Part shown: in pieces, positions 22,514 through 36,133 of the stretch
Layout: every line of letters starts with the position of its first letter
Position numbering within the stretch: the stretch's first letter is position 1
Assembly: GCA_018398765.1 (NCBI GenBank)
Contig: JAHBMJ010000422.1
Span: 1 to 47,554 of the forward strand
Direction: 5' to 3'
DNA length: 47,554 nt
Source: Chromera velia
Lineage: Eukaryota
Position numbers and translations under genes: made by a program
Notes under the pieces: model-generated
The model's database searches: none
What the model saw: the letters and a program-made list of their open reading frames with translations, nothing else
Told to the model about the DNA's origin: nothing

Positions 22514-25320
22514 TTCAAGCCATGAAGGACAAGGGGCTCTCTGTGGGTTTTCAATCCGTGTATGGCCGTCTTGACTGCTGAGAGATGGCGGGCGGTAGGT
22601 TTGGTGATTGTTTTACTGAGGAGGGAAAACCAGAGTGCTCTCCTCCAGTTGAGACAAACAGCCCACCCCAACACACCATTTGTCTCCTGATAGACCCCCT
22701 GTAGGAACATGTCCATATCTTGCTCCTCGGCTGGAGCGACATCTTTTTCAGACAGGGATTTCTTCAGTTTCCCCGGGATTGCATCGACGTCAATGCCTTC
22801 GAGGTAACTCTTGGACGTGAGTTCGAAGGTGTGTGCATTGGGATGGTACATATCTATCCCAATGTACTTTGTCTTGGATCCCACATTCACTTTTGTTCGG
22901 GAACCGATCTTGAATCTCTCCTCCAACACATCGAACGCCTCCTCCGTTCTCTCCCCTGCCCCGAAAATGTCGTCCACATGCGTGGCTTGCACGTCCTGTG
23001 CGGGTTCGTCTTCCACCTCCCTTCTGACTGCGATTGACTGCTCAACAGGAACAAACCCCAGCTCCTCCTGCCCTCTCCTCAATTCCTTCCCCCACAGTGC
23101 GGGTGCTACAGGGGTGCCATAGAGGGCATTGCTGAGTTCGTAGATCTGACTTGGAACCACTCTCTCTGCCTCTTTTCTTATCTTTCCCCACTCGGCATCG
23201 CTGTACTCAGTGAGAAAGGAAGGCTTCTGTGCAGGCATGGTGGGAATGCTCTTCGGAATACGTACCCCCACGCGCTCTACGTGGTCGTCGGGGGACTGGA
23301 GGAATACATTCTTGATATCTACCAACTCCACCTCAAACCCCCGAGTGGCAACATACAGGAGGGTGAGAAGAAAGCAGTCGCAGTTGGGAGTGCCACTGAA
23401 TGTGTCTACCTTCCTCAGGTCATCGTACCCTGCAACATAAATGCGCATCTTCTTCTTTCTACCCCCGGGTCCCTTGCTCAAATATTCTTTGTCGTTTTTG
23501 GTAAAACCCATGTTGAGCACGGCAGCGAGCTCAAGGTGTGAGCAGCGCTTTCCAATCGTCTTTGTGTGAAGGATGGCTGCCCACTCTTTGACGTCAGCCT
23601 CCCAAAATTCCCCTCTCATAATCTTCTCTCTGCTGGCAAAAAGCATGGTTGCTCCCTTTCGGAAGCTAGCCAGAGCGAGAAATGGAGCGTCTCCCCCAAA
23701 TTCCTCTGAGTATCTACGGACGTCAGAGTCCCACTGCAGCATGCGGCGGCTGTATGGGATCTTTGTGGGAGGAGCTGGACGATTGGATTACATTTGGGAC
23801 AAGGTAGGCTGCCCCTGCTTTGCGATCAGCATGGCACCACCTTCCTCTTGAACCTACCCTTCCTCTGCTTTCATCTCCAAAGCTCTGTCTCCGAACAGTT
23901 CCTCCTTCATTCTCCTCCACTCCTCTTCTTCTTGATTCACTCCTAATGGCTGAGCAGCCGCGTCTGCAGAGGCGGATGGAGGGATGACCATAGGCACGGC
24001 CTCGGGAGAGACAACGGGAGACACGGCTGCGTTGGCCGTCTCCGGGGCAGACGGAAAGGGCTGTCCCTCGGACCACTGAAAGCGGGAGACAATGAGTTGG
24101 TGCTTGATGTTGTTGTGACGTATACCCCCGACTCTAGCTTCTCCAGCTGGCGTCTAGTCAAATTCATTGACTTGCACGCTTCTATTGTTTTCTTGTCGGA
24201 CAATGAAAGGCTGCAATGCCCCCCTTCTGCCTGTTTGAGCTCAGATACCGCTGTATGTTTGTGCCTCCACCCCTTCTCCATTGCCGTCTCCTTCAACCCT
24301 TCCTCGGACTTCTAACCCCGCAACACCTGGGCCATGCGCGGCGGCACCCCCGACCTCTTGTGGTCTGGACTGAGAAAGAATCGAAAACACAGACACAGGG
24401 GACAGGGACGGACCGTAGAGCACGGGTGGTGCCTGCTGCTGCTTCTGTGCTTGGATGTCCGACCAGTGACGAGCCTTTAGAACCTCCCACTTTTGTTGGC
24501 GCCCCAGCCATGACTTGTTCAGGCCTCGCCTGACCGGCTTCAGCCATGCTGGGTGGACTTCGAGCACAGTGTGGGTCTCTATGCCCTTACTCAAGACGGG
24601 TACTCTGTGGAGAAAAGTGGCAAGATGAGAATTTTCTTTGTCACAGTAGAGATACGTAACCTCCACCCCTGCCAGCTCCAGGCTCTTCTCATTCATTTTT
24701 ACCACAACCTGATCTCCAAACATGAACGTCCACACGGGTGGGAAGCCCAAATGTTTCTCTGCAGGAGTTATGCCAATCTGTTTGTTGTGGGTCTTATTCC
24801 AGGTCTCACAAATGCCGTCGAGGACGTGTTTGTACAAGACCTTCGGCAGGTTCAGCTCTTCCAGTGCAGTCTGCACTAGAACTCGAGCTGTGCGGGTGGC
24901 GGTGTCAATCGTCCCGTGTGGACCATAACAGTACGGTGGTGCTGGCACCATGGCTATATGCCATGACCTACCTGCTGCCCACAACTCCTGCGCCTTGTCT
25001 GCCTCAATGGACTTGGGAAAGCTGCCGTAGCGTGCCTTCCATCTGAGTAGGTGTGCGCCCAGGTCGCTTTCCATCTTGCGGTTGGCGCCTGCCATCATGT
25101 CCCATTTGCCGGTGTAGTAGTCGAGCATGAAGGAGACTGCATACTCACCCCTCCTTCCCACACCACCACTGTCATTAATAAACTAGTGGTCCCAGTAGAC
25201 AACCTGTCCGAACTGAGTGACTCGCGATCGGCGGTCAGGAACTGCATGGAGAGATGGAAAGATTGCATTTCTCCTTTCACAGATACGACAGTCAGCATAG
25301 ACTTTTTGCCACGCTGCATG
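22514..25320 (-). mobile_element. Degenerate Ty1/copia pol: integrase (about 24700-25320) followed by reverse transcriptase (22514-23742); gag, protease and 5' LTR are absent
   Basis: Integrase: CRIC zinc-finger half, YWDH, SIEADKAQEL, PPYCYGPHGTID. RT: LVDIKNVFLQ, LYGTPVAPALW, THVDDIF, KYIGI. The INT-RT-RH order is the copia order. In-frame stops and frameshifts are present. Confidence 0.92.
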
Positions 25321-26204
25321 ACTCATGCAAAGTGATTGAATCAAACGGATACTAGATTTTCAGAACTTTAAGCTACACTCCAGCGAGGCTTGTAAAAAAC
25401 AAATACATAAAAGAAACTTTTTTTTTTTTTGTTTTCAACAAAAAATATATAGAAAAAAAAAAATGTGGACAAAAAAAAATTCAACAACCTAAGGATTTGA
25501 TTTTTTTTAAAAAAACTGAATCATTGATGAAATCTATTGATGATCATTTTTGTGTATAACCCCATTTTTCAAAACAAATTTTTTAAACTGGATAAAGAAT
25601 GTAATGACAGTAATGCATTAAATTCTAATCACATCTACTTAATTCTAATTCTAATATATTTCTACATACGTATACTTTGACATTGGTTTTTGAAACCACC
25701 GTTCTTTTAGTAAGATTTTTGTATAAAGTTCTGAGTCGGCGTGAAAACCGGTGACGAGAAGGTCTTCAAAAGGATAAGCTAAACTTTGCGCTACTGTGTC
25801 TTTCGATTTCGTCTAAGAAAGAGAAGAAGAATGAACATTCCTTTGTAATCTTAGCAGACATTGTGAAGATGACAAGACGTGTAACCAGTTCAAAAGAGAA
25901 TGAAAGGAAAAAAGGCAGGAAGGCACTGAGAAGAGGTATGTACAGACTACCACATGTGCTTCTGTATGCAAAAGAATGCGGGGGGAAGATGTACTTTCGA
26001 GGTATGAAGCATAAAAGAATATGAAGAGACAGAAATGCACGTTCTTCACTATTTGTGACAAAGATGAAAAGAGAAACACATGCAAGGGGATCAGCAGCAG
26101 CTGGTGTTCTCAGGGCAGGCAGTCATGCTTGTCGGGTGAAAGCGAACAGTGATGGAGGAGAACATGCCGATAAACATCAAGGAGTACATCCATATGATGA
26201 CAAA

Positions 26205-26249
26205 CATACACACACATACACACACACACACACACACACATACATACCC

Positions 26250-26293
<44 letters not shown>

Positions 26294-26294
26294 T

Positions 26295-26334
<40 letters not shown>

Positions 26335-27276
26335 CACACACACACACACATACACACACACACATACACATACATACACACACACACACACATACATATG
26401 CACATACACATACATACATACATGCGCATGCACATACCATTCACATACAGAAACGCAAATGTGTACAGATCATGCATAGCACACGCACATGCACAAAAAA
26501 GCAAGAAGAGATATTCATAGATATATGGAGAGAAGGAGTGAGCGAGCGAGCTGAAGAGAAAGGAAAGGAAAGATAGAGAAAAAGAGACAGAAGAAAAGAA
26601 AGAGAGAGAAAGAGAGAGAGAGAGAGAGTCTCAGAGCCTCAGAGAGAGAGAGAGAGAGAAAGAGAGAGCCAGAAAGAGACGAATGACACGTGTAAGTCCA
26701 GAGGGATATACCTCAGTGTTGATGTTCCTCATTGGATGCTTTGTACTGCACCTGACAAATGCAATGTAGTAAAAAAAGTATGTGCAACAGACAGAGGCAA
26801 AGAGAGAGCTGAGGAGACAGAGAGAGGGAAAGAGCAACCAGAGCAACAGAAAGAGTTCATCACATACTGGCACATACTATCAACTATTTAAAGGTGTATA
26901 CAGCACGCGTGGGGGCTAGTTTCACAGGCTGACATATGCATGTGGGGGCAAACACATACGCACACACACAGTATCATACACACGCACACCTAGCACGCGC
27001 ACACACACACACACACACATACACATACATACACATACACACACACATACATACATACACACACACACACACGCGCGCGCACGTGCACGCGCGTACGCAC
27101 GCACGTACCGTTCACATACACAATCATGTACACAAATGCAAATGTGTATACATCATGCACAGCACACATACATACACAAAAAAGCAAGAAGAGATATTCA
27201 TAGATATACAGAGAGAAAGAATGCGCGAGTGAGCCAAAAAGAAAGGGAGGGAAAGATAGAGAGAAAGAGATAGAAG

Positions 27277-27332
<56 letters not shown>

Positions 27333-27333
27333 T

Positions 27334-27391
<58 letters not shown>

Positions 27392-27721
27392 CCAGAAAGA
27401 GACGAATGACACGTGTAAGTCCAGAGAGATCTACCTCAGTGTTAATGTTCCTCATTGGATGCTTTGTACTGCACCTGACGAATGCAATGTAGCAAAAGAA
27501 GTACGTGCGACAGACAGAGGCAAAGAGAGGGCCGAGGAGACAGCAAGATACTGACGCACACTATCGACTATTCAAAGGTATACACGGCGCATGTGGGAGC
27601 TAGTTTCACAGGCTAATATATGCATACAAGGGCAAACACACACGTGTACATACACACACATATATACATATACAGACACACACACACATACACACACACA
27701 GAGATAGATAGATAGATAGAT

Positions 27722-27771
<50 letters not shown>

Positions 27772-27810
27772 GGGGAGGGAGGGAGGGAGGGAGGGAGGGA
27801 GTGAAAGAGA
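26205..27810. repeat. About 700-bp tandem segmental duplication (two copies plus a partial third) built around CA/GA microsatellites
   Basis: agagccagaaagagacgaatgacacgtgtaagtccagag at about 26664 and 27387; gctagtttcacaggct at about 26915 and 27599; aaaaaagcaagaagagatattcatagatata at about 26495 and 27178. Confidence 0.9.
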
Positions 27811-28632
27811 GAGAATCTCTCGTCGATATGCTTGCCTTTACTGCCTCGGAAAAACAGTGTCACTCCGATTCGTCTCCTTTTCGTGGGTTTTTTTGAAAAA
27901 GTACAGACAATTTTTAATAATTTTGAGAGAAAGTAGCGAATGCACACAAAAATAAAAACGCCCCTGCTCTGACATATCTTGATTTGGTAAAGAGAAGTGA
28001 AACAGCGATGGAGATGGGGAGACGAATGATCGAACAAGAGAATGTCAAGAAGAACTGCAAGTTTCCGGCGGCAACTTTCCGCAGTAGGTGGGGGCCTCGT
28101 TTGTTCGAAACAAAATGCTTTGATGAAAGAAGTAGATGTTTTAGAGAACTGAGTAGCGTTCTTCTATGCCAAACTTGCAGCCAAAGTGACTGTCGGAGGT
28201 GCCAAAGTCCATGGACTCCTGCGTGCAGACGGTTCTTGCAAGTTGCATGGCGCAGGCCCACCAAAGACCCTAGCACTGAGTAAGTCGGTCGGGCCCACTA
28301 CCGCGTATGGACAAATGGGAAAAAAAGTGCGGACAAAATGTGTTCACTGTATTAATTGAGAGGATACATGTATATGTGCGATTTCATGTGCAGCCTGCAT
28401 GGCAGAGTATGCACAAAAGTCAGGTCAGTAAAACTAATCATGCATTTGATAGTTCGGTTCTTAGATTCACAGTCTAGTGAAGTAGAGAACCCCACTTATT
28501 CTGACGTGGAAAGACCCAGACTCAATTTGTGGTCACAGAGACAGAGTTTCAGCAGAGAAAAGAGACTAATATTGAATAGTTATAACATTAAGGTAGAAAG
28601 ATACGCATTTGCGATTAGTGGTGAGACGCATA

Positions 28633-29172
28633 CCCTGGACATTAATTTGTGGCCATTCTATGCGTACCTAGGCGTGCGAGACCAATCTAAAACCATCTCC
28701 CTCTTTCACTGACCATCCTGTCTGAGCATGAGGTGGGGGCGTCTCCCTAGCCAAGTAAGAGTAAACAACACATGCTGTTGCTACTTATCCGTTTACTCGT
28801 TGCTTTGCTTTCTAACAGCTTTTCTACTCATCTTTCACACACACTTTCTTACTACCAGAGTGTTGCATCGATTGACAGAAGTCCAGGCACCGTAGTCAGA
28901 CATAGTCAGTCAGTCAGTCAGTCCGTATGGAGCGTGAAAGAAAACGAGCATGCAGATGAACAATGTATGAATGAGTGCGTACATTCTCTGCATCCACGCA
29001 CGCAGAGGGCGCCAGGCGGCGGCGGCATCCCCCCCCCCTCCACGGCGCACGCTCGTCGGTCGGGGCCGGCCCAGGTCCTGTATGAAGTGATGATTGAGGG
29101 TTTTTTCCCAAGGCCTGCAGAAAAGAAAAAGAAAGTCAAAGCATACAAATGGCCACAAATTAATGTCCAGGG
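28633..29172. mobile_element. 540-bp MITE of Tc1/mariner type
   Basis: Perfect 25-bp TIR CCCTGGACATTAATTTGTGGCCATT, TA on both flanks (28631-32, 29173-74), no transposase. Confidence 0.9.
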
Positions 29173-29285
29173 TATACGCTTGGGACCTCCATCGGTGCAT
29201 GACTGCCTCTCGTCATGCGCAAATCATAATATCTCTCGGAAGGGAGACACTTGACTGACCCAGTTGCACAAGTTCATCTGAGCAC

Positions 29286-31578
29286 ATGAGCACCAAGGTG
29301 CTGGTCGTCGTCGCGGGAGCGGTGACTGTTGTGGTCGGATGTCTCCTCTTGCGGAACAAAAAACCGCGAAGGAACAGAAAAAGCCAGGGGAAACCCATTC
29401 CGCAGATTCATCAGAGCATGTACGAAGTCATAAAGGGTTTTGCCTCTTCCTACTTCCCCCAGTTCCTCTATTACCTCTCTCGTTCCAACCCCTCCGTAGC
29501 CTTTCTTCCCCTCCCACTGGCACAGGACGTCATTCTCTGCAGTGACCCCATTGCCGCAAAGGTCGTCTTCGAGAAATGCGGCAAAAGCACGCTCTATTCC
29601 GCAATAGACCCATTCCTGCACGGCCCGAATCTATTTACGCACGCAAGTGCAAAGCCGCCCCAACGGAAGGAGATCCTGAAGGGGTTCGACCTCCGGGCCG
29701 TCGAGAGGTTTCGGGAGGTCTCAGAAGACCTCTTCAAAAAGTGGATAGAGGAGATGAAGAGGGGAACAGAGGAACAAAGGGAGTTTGAGCCTACTCCCAA
29801 CCTGCTGTCCCTAATCCTCAAAACCATCTGCAAGGGAGGCTTCGACTATGATATTCCAGATGAGGACGGTGCACAGCTTCTAGAGCTCTTCGCTCTCATT
29901 TCAGTGGAGGCCAAACTTCAACTCTACTCCCCACTTCGCAAACTTGCCGCAAGTCTCGGTCTGATTTCTAATCACAGAAGAGCCTTGGAAATGGCCACAC
30001 AAGCTTACAAGATTGTTGAACGTATGATTGCACATTACCGAGCTCAGGGGAATGAAGACAGCGCCCCTTTGATGGCTGCCATCGACAGATGTCCCGTCTA
30101 CACGAGCGACGAAGAACGAAAACGCGACATTGCAGTCCTCCTGGTGGCTGGTCATGATACCACTGCATTCCAGATAGCCTGGTGCCTGAATGACCTAGCG
30201 TCACACCCGGAGGTCCAGTCGGAACTCCGGCAACAGATCCTGTCTTGTACACCTGCCGGTGCAGCGCAGGAAGGCCAGTGGGGTCGCGACTCCCCTCTTT
30301 TGAACTTTGTTGTGAAGGAGTCACAACGAGTTCATAGCGTGGCGGTGTGCCTCTTCAGAGAGGCCAAAGAGGGCCCAGTGCACCTGCCTTCTGGTCAAGT
30401 CATAGAGAAAGGGTTAGTTGCTTTGTATCTTTTTGTGTATCTTTGAAGTGACTCACCCGTGTCAGTCAGCAGCTGTAGCTCCTCAAGCCGATTGCTCGAT
30501 GTTGCACTGTCTTCTTTGTTTCGCTTCTGCTGCTTGATTCTCCTTGCCGATTGTATAATATGCTTTCCCCCAGTTGACCGAAACACTCAGTCACTCAATC
30601 ATTCACTCAGTCAGTCTTGGTCCTTCACCATCCACCTTCCTTCCACCTTCCCGATTACATGCTTGCATTCCTTCGCAGAGAGAAACAGGGAAGCAACATC
30701 TCGACGCACGACCAGCCTCTAGCTCATGGCTCCTTCTGGGTGCATGCGAGTGTCAGAAGAGATCTCTCTTCCTAGGCATCTTATCTACTGGAGAGTGAGT
30801 GTCTGTCTTTGTTGTTCAAATCCCCTCATGCATGCACCCCTCTTTCTTTCTTTCTCGACTCTTCTCTCCCCCTTTCAGTTCTTTGATTGCCATCGACCTC
30901 TTCTCCGCCATGCGCAACGAGACCTACTACCCCAACGCAGATGAGTGGAGGCCCGAGCGGTGGAGCGGCACAGCAGAGGAGACTGCGACTGCCAACGCAG
31001 CCTTCATTCCCTTCTCCACTGGGGCAAGGTCCTGTGTGGGCCTCACCGTGGCTCTCGTTCAAATGAGGGTCTTCCTCGGGATGCTGGTCAGTAAGGCAGG
31101 CAGGCAGGCAGGCAGGCAGAGACTGAGCGTGGGAGGAAGTCAAGGAAAAGAGCGGCACACACATCTCATAGGTCCCTCAGCAGACTGACTGACTAACTTA
31201 GAGGGCCTGTCTGTCTGTCTAGAGTCCAATGCCCTCCCGTCCTATCAATTAATCCATTCAGCTTGGTCAAGTAGATCGTCTCGTCTCCCACATCAGAGCT
31301 TCTTTTTTGCATTGGATATTCACCAGTTGTCGTCTCCATTCTATCCGTCTCTGCATCCATTCATTCGTCCATCCATCCATCGGATTGATCCTTCCGTTGT
31401 ACCTCTTGTCCTCTTCTTTGTCGATGGATGAGATGACATCATGCAGGTGAGGAACTTCGAGATCGAGAGGACAGCCAACCCGGTGCTTGCCCACTGCATC
31501 ACGCTGGAACCTCACGGGTTGAGAATCAGACTCAAGCCTGTCTTCACGGAAGACACGCACACTCAGGCAACCTCATGA
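29286..31578 (+). CDS. Cytochrome P450, 488 aa, 3 exons: 29286-30412, 30879-31086, 31447-31578
   Basis: N-terminal membrane anchor, I-helix AGHDTT, ExxR (KESQR), PERF-like WRPERW and heme motif FSTGARSCVG. GT-AG introns are in phase. Confidence 0.95.
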
Positions 31579-32984
31579 GGGGGGGAAGGGGGTGAATGGC
31601 CCTCTCGTTTCTTCTTCTTCGAGACGGCCTTCAGTGAAGGAAGCTAGGGGGTCGACATGAGATGATGCATGCATGAATGAAGAGCTCCTTTCACATTCTT
31701 TCTGCCCTTTTCTACTTCTTTGATTCTTTTTTTATTCCTTTCTTGCTGCCTTTGTCCCTGCCTGCCTTGTCGCTGCCTGATATTTCTTTGTTCCTTCGTT
31801 CCTTTCTTTCTTCCTTCCTTGAAGTTCCTTCGTTTCCTTCGGGCACTTCGTGACTGTTTGTCTCCCTGCCTCTCTGTCTGTTTGTTTGTCTGTGCTTCAC
31901 TTTCTGTTTCCTCGTCCCAGCCGTCTCTCTCTCTCTCTCTCGTTCTTCTTTTCCCCCCCGCAATCGGCAGTCTCGGTCTTCAATCTGAAGACTCACTCTC
32001 CCGGCTGGACAGATAGGCGGATCAAATAGAGAAGGAGGAAGGATGAAGTCGATTCTGTACATGTGTTGCACCTCCATGATTTGAATGTGCTCGCCTATGC
32101 ATTGGAGACTTGATGGTAGCCCCGACCAATGACAAATGACTTCATTGAATTAACGCTGAAACAATGGCCCACATCAACTGAGACGCTTCACAGATGTGCG
32201 ATTCATATCAAAAGCAAACTTGAACAATTTTCTCCAAAACAATGAAGGAACAACCTGTCTTAAATGTTGTGTGTCTCTGCATGCGTGGGCGAGAGCGTTT
32301 GGTGTGTGTATATAGCCGTGCGTATATCTCCTTGTGAGTGAGTGTGAGTGTGTGTATATGTGTGTGTGTGTGTGTATCATCAATGAATCAATCAATCAAT
32401 CAATGAATCAAATTCAATCAATTGATCAGTTATGGTCTACGTAATGGTGCATCATGGGTGTTTCATTATTAAGTGTTACACTGTGTTACTAGTAGTGTAG
32501 GCACCATACAACTGTGATGCGAAGCTATATTACTGCTAGTTTAGTGCTAGGTTTAGCAAGACAAAATAAAACTTAAATAAATTTTTTTGAGGCAGTGGAC
32601 GGTGAACCGCGGGGGGCGGGGGACCCCAAACAATAAATCTCGTTCTTTTCGTGGAAAACTATCAATTTAAAGAAAATGTTTTGTTTTTTAATTTTTTTTA
32701 TGTAAATCCCTATAAAATTTAGATTTTTGCCGACTTAGGGCCGACTTAGGCCGACTATATCATACTAAATGCAACTAGATGATATAGCCGAGATACTAAC
32801 CCAGAAAACTTGAATACCTTTTCAGAGCTCGTCTAATTAACATCAAGTTTTAATCATAACCAGATTCATCATTTTACTGATATAATTACATAAATTGTCT
32901 CCGAATATTAACATGAAAATGTTTATATATAATTATGCCTATAGAATTATGTACTGGCATGCACCGACTTAGTCTGGTCCGACT

Positions 32985-33026
32985 ATATATATATACATAT
33001 GTATATATATATATTATATATCTATA

Positions 33027-33063
<37 letters not shown>

Positions 33064-33110
33064 TATATATACTATATACATACATACATACATACATACA
33101 TACACATATA
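32985..33110. repeat. (TA)n/(TACA)n microsatellite
   Basis: Seen directly. Confidence 0.9.
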
Positions 33111-33154
33111 GGCACCTTAATAAAAGTTTTTTCTCCCCAGTTTTTTTCATACCA

Positions 33155-35319
33155 TCATTTGGATGCGATCGCCTTTGCACCCCTTCTGTTGAGAGCTTCT
33201 GCAGTGCGAAAAAAGCGGCGCCTGCGTGCGACCTCCTTAGGAGGATGTGCATTGTCCTTCATTTTTTTGTTGGGGTCTGCTCCTAGGTCGAGGAGAAGGT
33301 CGACTATCTGGGCAAGCTTCCAGTCGCGCTCTCTTCTGTGAGAAAGAGTGTCATTCATATCACATTTCCAGAAGCGAACAAGATAAGCAATAGGGTAGTC
33401 CTCTGGAATCTCTTCGTAATGAGCACCCGGGAGGGTAGGGTCTGCTCCCCCCTTCTCACACATGAACCGTACCAGATCTGCTTGGTCATTGAGACACGCG
33501 ATAAGCAGGGGGGAGGCCCTACTGCGGGGTGGCAGGCCGGATTCGTCTGCGTTGGGGGGGGGCGCGAGGTCGCATGCCGGCAGACAGGAGGCGCCATGAG
33601 CGATCAACAGCCTTACCATTTGGAATCTGTGGTGCTCTGCTAGACTAAACTCCTCAGAGTCAGACTCTTCTTCGTCGAGGCTGCTCCACTCCATCCCACT
33701 GACTGTCAACTGTAGAGCAGTCATCAAAACCTCCCCCCTCATTGATAACCCTAGCTTCTCTTCTGTAATGCCTGCCTGGTTTGGGTCTGCACCGTGTTGC
33801 AACAACAGGGATGCAATAGAGAGGGAGCTCTCGTCAATGATATGTGCTCCCTTAACAAGGGGAACCCGGCATCTCCCCCCCTCCCCCACTACTCCGTTCA
33901 CAGTGGCAGCAACCCCTCTCTGCTGGAAGAGGAACTTCACGGTCTGTTCTGCTGATGCCTGAGAAGCAAGCGAAAGGAGGCAATGGCCCCCGGGATCCAG
34001 CCCTGCCGTTGCAAAATCTGCCCCCTGCTCGGCGAGCACCTCGAGGACAGAACGACATGTGCCGTCGTCTGCTGGGTTCATGCGATGTATGGCGGAGATG
34101 GGAAAAAACATCAAACGGCGATCTGCCCACCTCACGCCCCCCTGCACTTCCAGCAGCACGCGTGCAGCGGAAGCTTCACAGCAGAGGCAAGCCAAGGTGA
34201 GGGCTGTGTGGTATTTGGATCGGAAAAAAGTCTCTTCTTCCTCATCTGCACCCTCGATTCCCTCCAATCCCACGTTGTGCACCGACCGATTGACTGGATA
34301 AGCCGCCCGTGTTTTCACAATCCAATGCAGACACTCATTTTGATGGGATGCCACAGCAATGCGGTGAAAGACGCTCTGCCGAAACACACTCCTCTGCTGA
34401 AGCTGCTGCTCTGAAATATCACCCCTGTAGGCATCACACGAATCCTCGTGCATCCCCAGCACGAGAGCATGCAGGGGTGACCTCCCTGCGACTGAGTATC
34501 GGAGAGGGAACTTCAACTTCACTTCTCTCTCTACCCCTGACCCACGGTCTCCGTCTCCGCTATCCACTCATTGACATCCACCCTTTCTCCCGCATCGAGG
34601 AGGACCTCGACGCAGTCGAACTTTCGGGCATCGATCAGGGCAATCAGGAGGGGTTGGAGCTTTGGGGGGAGCGATGGGTCAAACTGGCCGTGGGCGGTTG
34701 CTGATGCTAACCCGGCAGTGAGCCAGCTATCGGGGTGGAGGACTCTGGAGGCAATGAGAGCCTCCAGCCGTTCCTTCGAGAGATTCTCGAAGGCCTCCAC
34801 GGACAGTTCTGCGGAACAGGAATGGGTGGTCCTGTCTTGCATGAGGAACTGCATACATTCCTGCTTGTTGGGTTTGTGGCTGCAGGGAGGGGGGATGGCG
34901 GAGTTGCTGCTTCGAAGCTCAAGAAAACGTTTCAGGAGCAAGGGGTAGCGGCCCCCGACTCCACTCAGGGCAAGCACTTGCTTCAAACCGCGCACATCAT
35001 CGCGCGCAAAACAGTCGTCTATCAGATTCCATACCTCCTCCCTCTCTGACACGGCAGCAAAGCCGGCAGTCACTCCCCCGAACCCTGAAGCGGTGGTGTC
35101 TGCTCTGAAGGAGAGAAACGATTTGGAGACGGAAGAGAACTTCCAGAAACTCCGAAAGCCAAGAAACGCACTTCCAAAAAAAGTTTGCAGAAATGCAGGA
35201 TCTGAAAAATGCGAGTCAAACTCCTCTGTCATTTTCTCGCAGAACAGTCGCACTACAGTATTAGAATCTTGTGAAAGAGTGGAGACAGACTTTTCACGTG
35301 CGGCCTCCGAGAGAGTCAA
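33155..35319 (-). pseudogene. Ankyrin-repeat protein, intronless, split by one frameshift at about 34531-34567 (pseudogene or sequencing error)
   Basis: Ankyrin-like motifs TALTLAC, LLQHGADPN, TALQL..LLIAHGA, SPLLIAC..GADP and LLDLGADPN. The two long ORFs overlap by 37 nt. Confidence 0.8.
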
Positions 35320-35679
35320 AGAGAGATGGCCGAAAAAACGGAGACGTCAATCGCGATCCGAGACTGAGAATCGAAAAGTTCGAGAGTGCACACAAATGGC
35401 AGTAAAGGCGGGGAGGGACGAGACAGAAGACGCACGAGCGTGCTAATGTTTTCCCCTGGACGTCCCGATCGCCAAGAAACCACAATTAAGGTCATCCAGA
35501 TATGAATGTCGATCATCCCAGCAGATCCATACTCAGCGGCATCTCAACAGTCATGCCGTGGCCCTTAATTAAAAACAATTGCACTAGGATCGCGCGTGGC
35601 TGGGCATGCATGATTTCCTGATTTCCTCGTAAATTTTGACGGAAAAGTGCATGAGGGTGCAGGGGCTCGAACCCATGCA

Positions 35680-35835
35680 GGACCCAGCTCGCCGCGTGCA
35701 CATGGATCTTTAATCCCCAAAATTCGCTTTCCGGGCCATTCGCACGCTTCGCGTGCGTCAGATCATGCGTATATTTAGGTGTACGCTATATCGCCACGCT
35801 GCATGCATGCCAAGCCTGCATGCGCATGCAACACC
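35680..35835. promoter_or_regulatory. Probable bidirectional promoter region with GCATGC/TGCATGCA motifs between divergent genes
   Basis: CG-rich stretch with tgcatgcatgc at 35800, between head-to-head ORFs. Confidence 0.4.
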
Positions 35836-36133
35836 ATTGCAACACCAAAACAGAGACTGCTCCGAATCAGACTCCTGTCACCTCAGAGTCCAGAGTTTCA
35901 ACTGAATGACTGGTCCAAGTCCAAACTGTACATGCAAGCCCATCCTCCACCGAGGCACATAGACTGCATGCCACTCAGAGTCCCTGCAGTACTTGCAGTT
36001 CAGAAGGCCGCATGCACAATGTCATGTTTTCCTCTCACAAGCTACTATATATATAGCTCAGGTCAGACAGTAAAAGTCCGGTTGTGCTCTTGTGAATCCG
36101 ACCCTGAACCAACGCCTGCGGTCTGAATCTGCA

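Noticed and set aside
25337..25348. tgaatcaaacgg as a remnant of the copia 5' LTR
   Set aside because: Too short, and it directly abuts the integrase with no gag or PBS.
28325..28351. Tc1-like end (...tgttcactg|ta)
   Set aside because: No matching inverted partner was found in the window.
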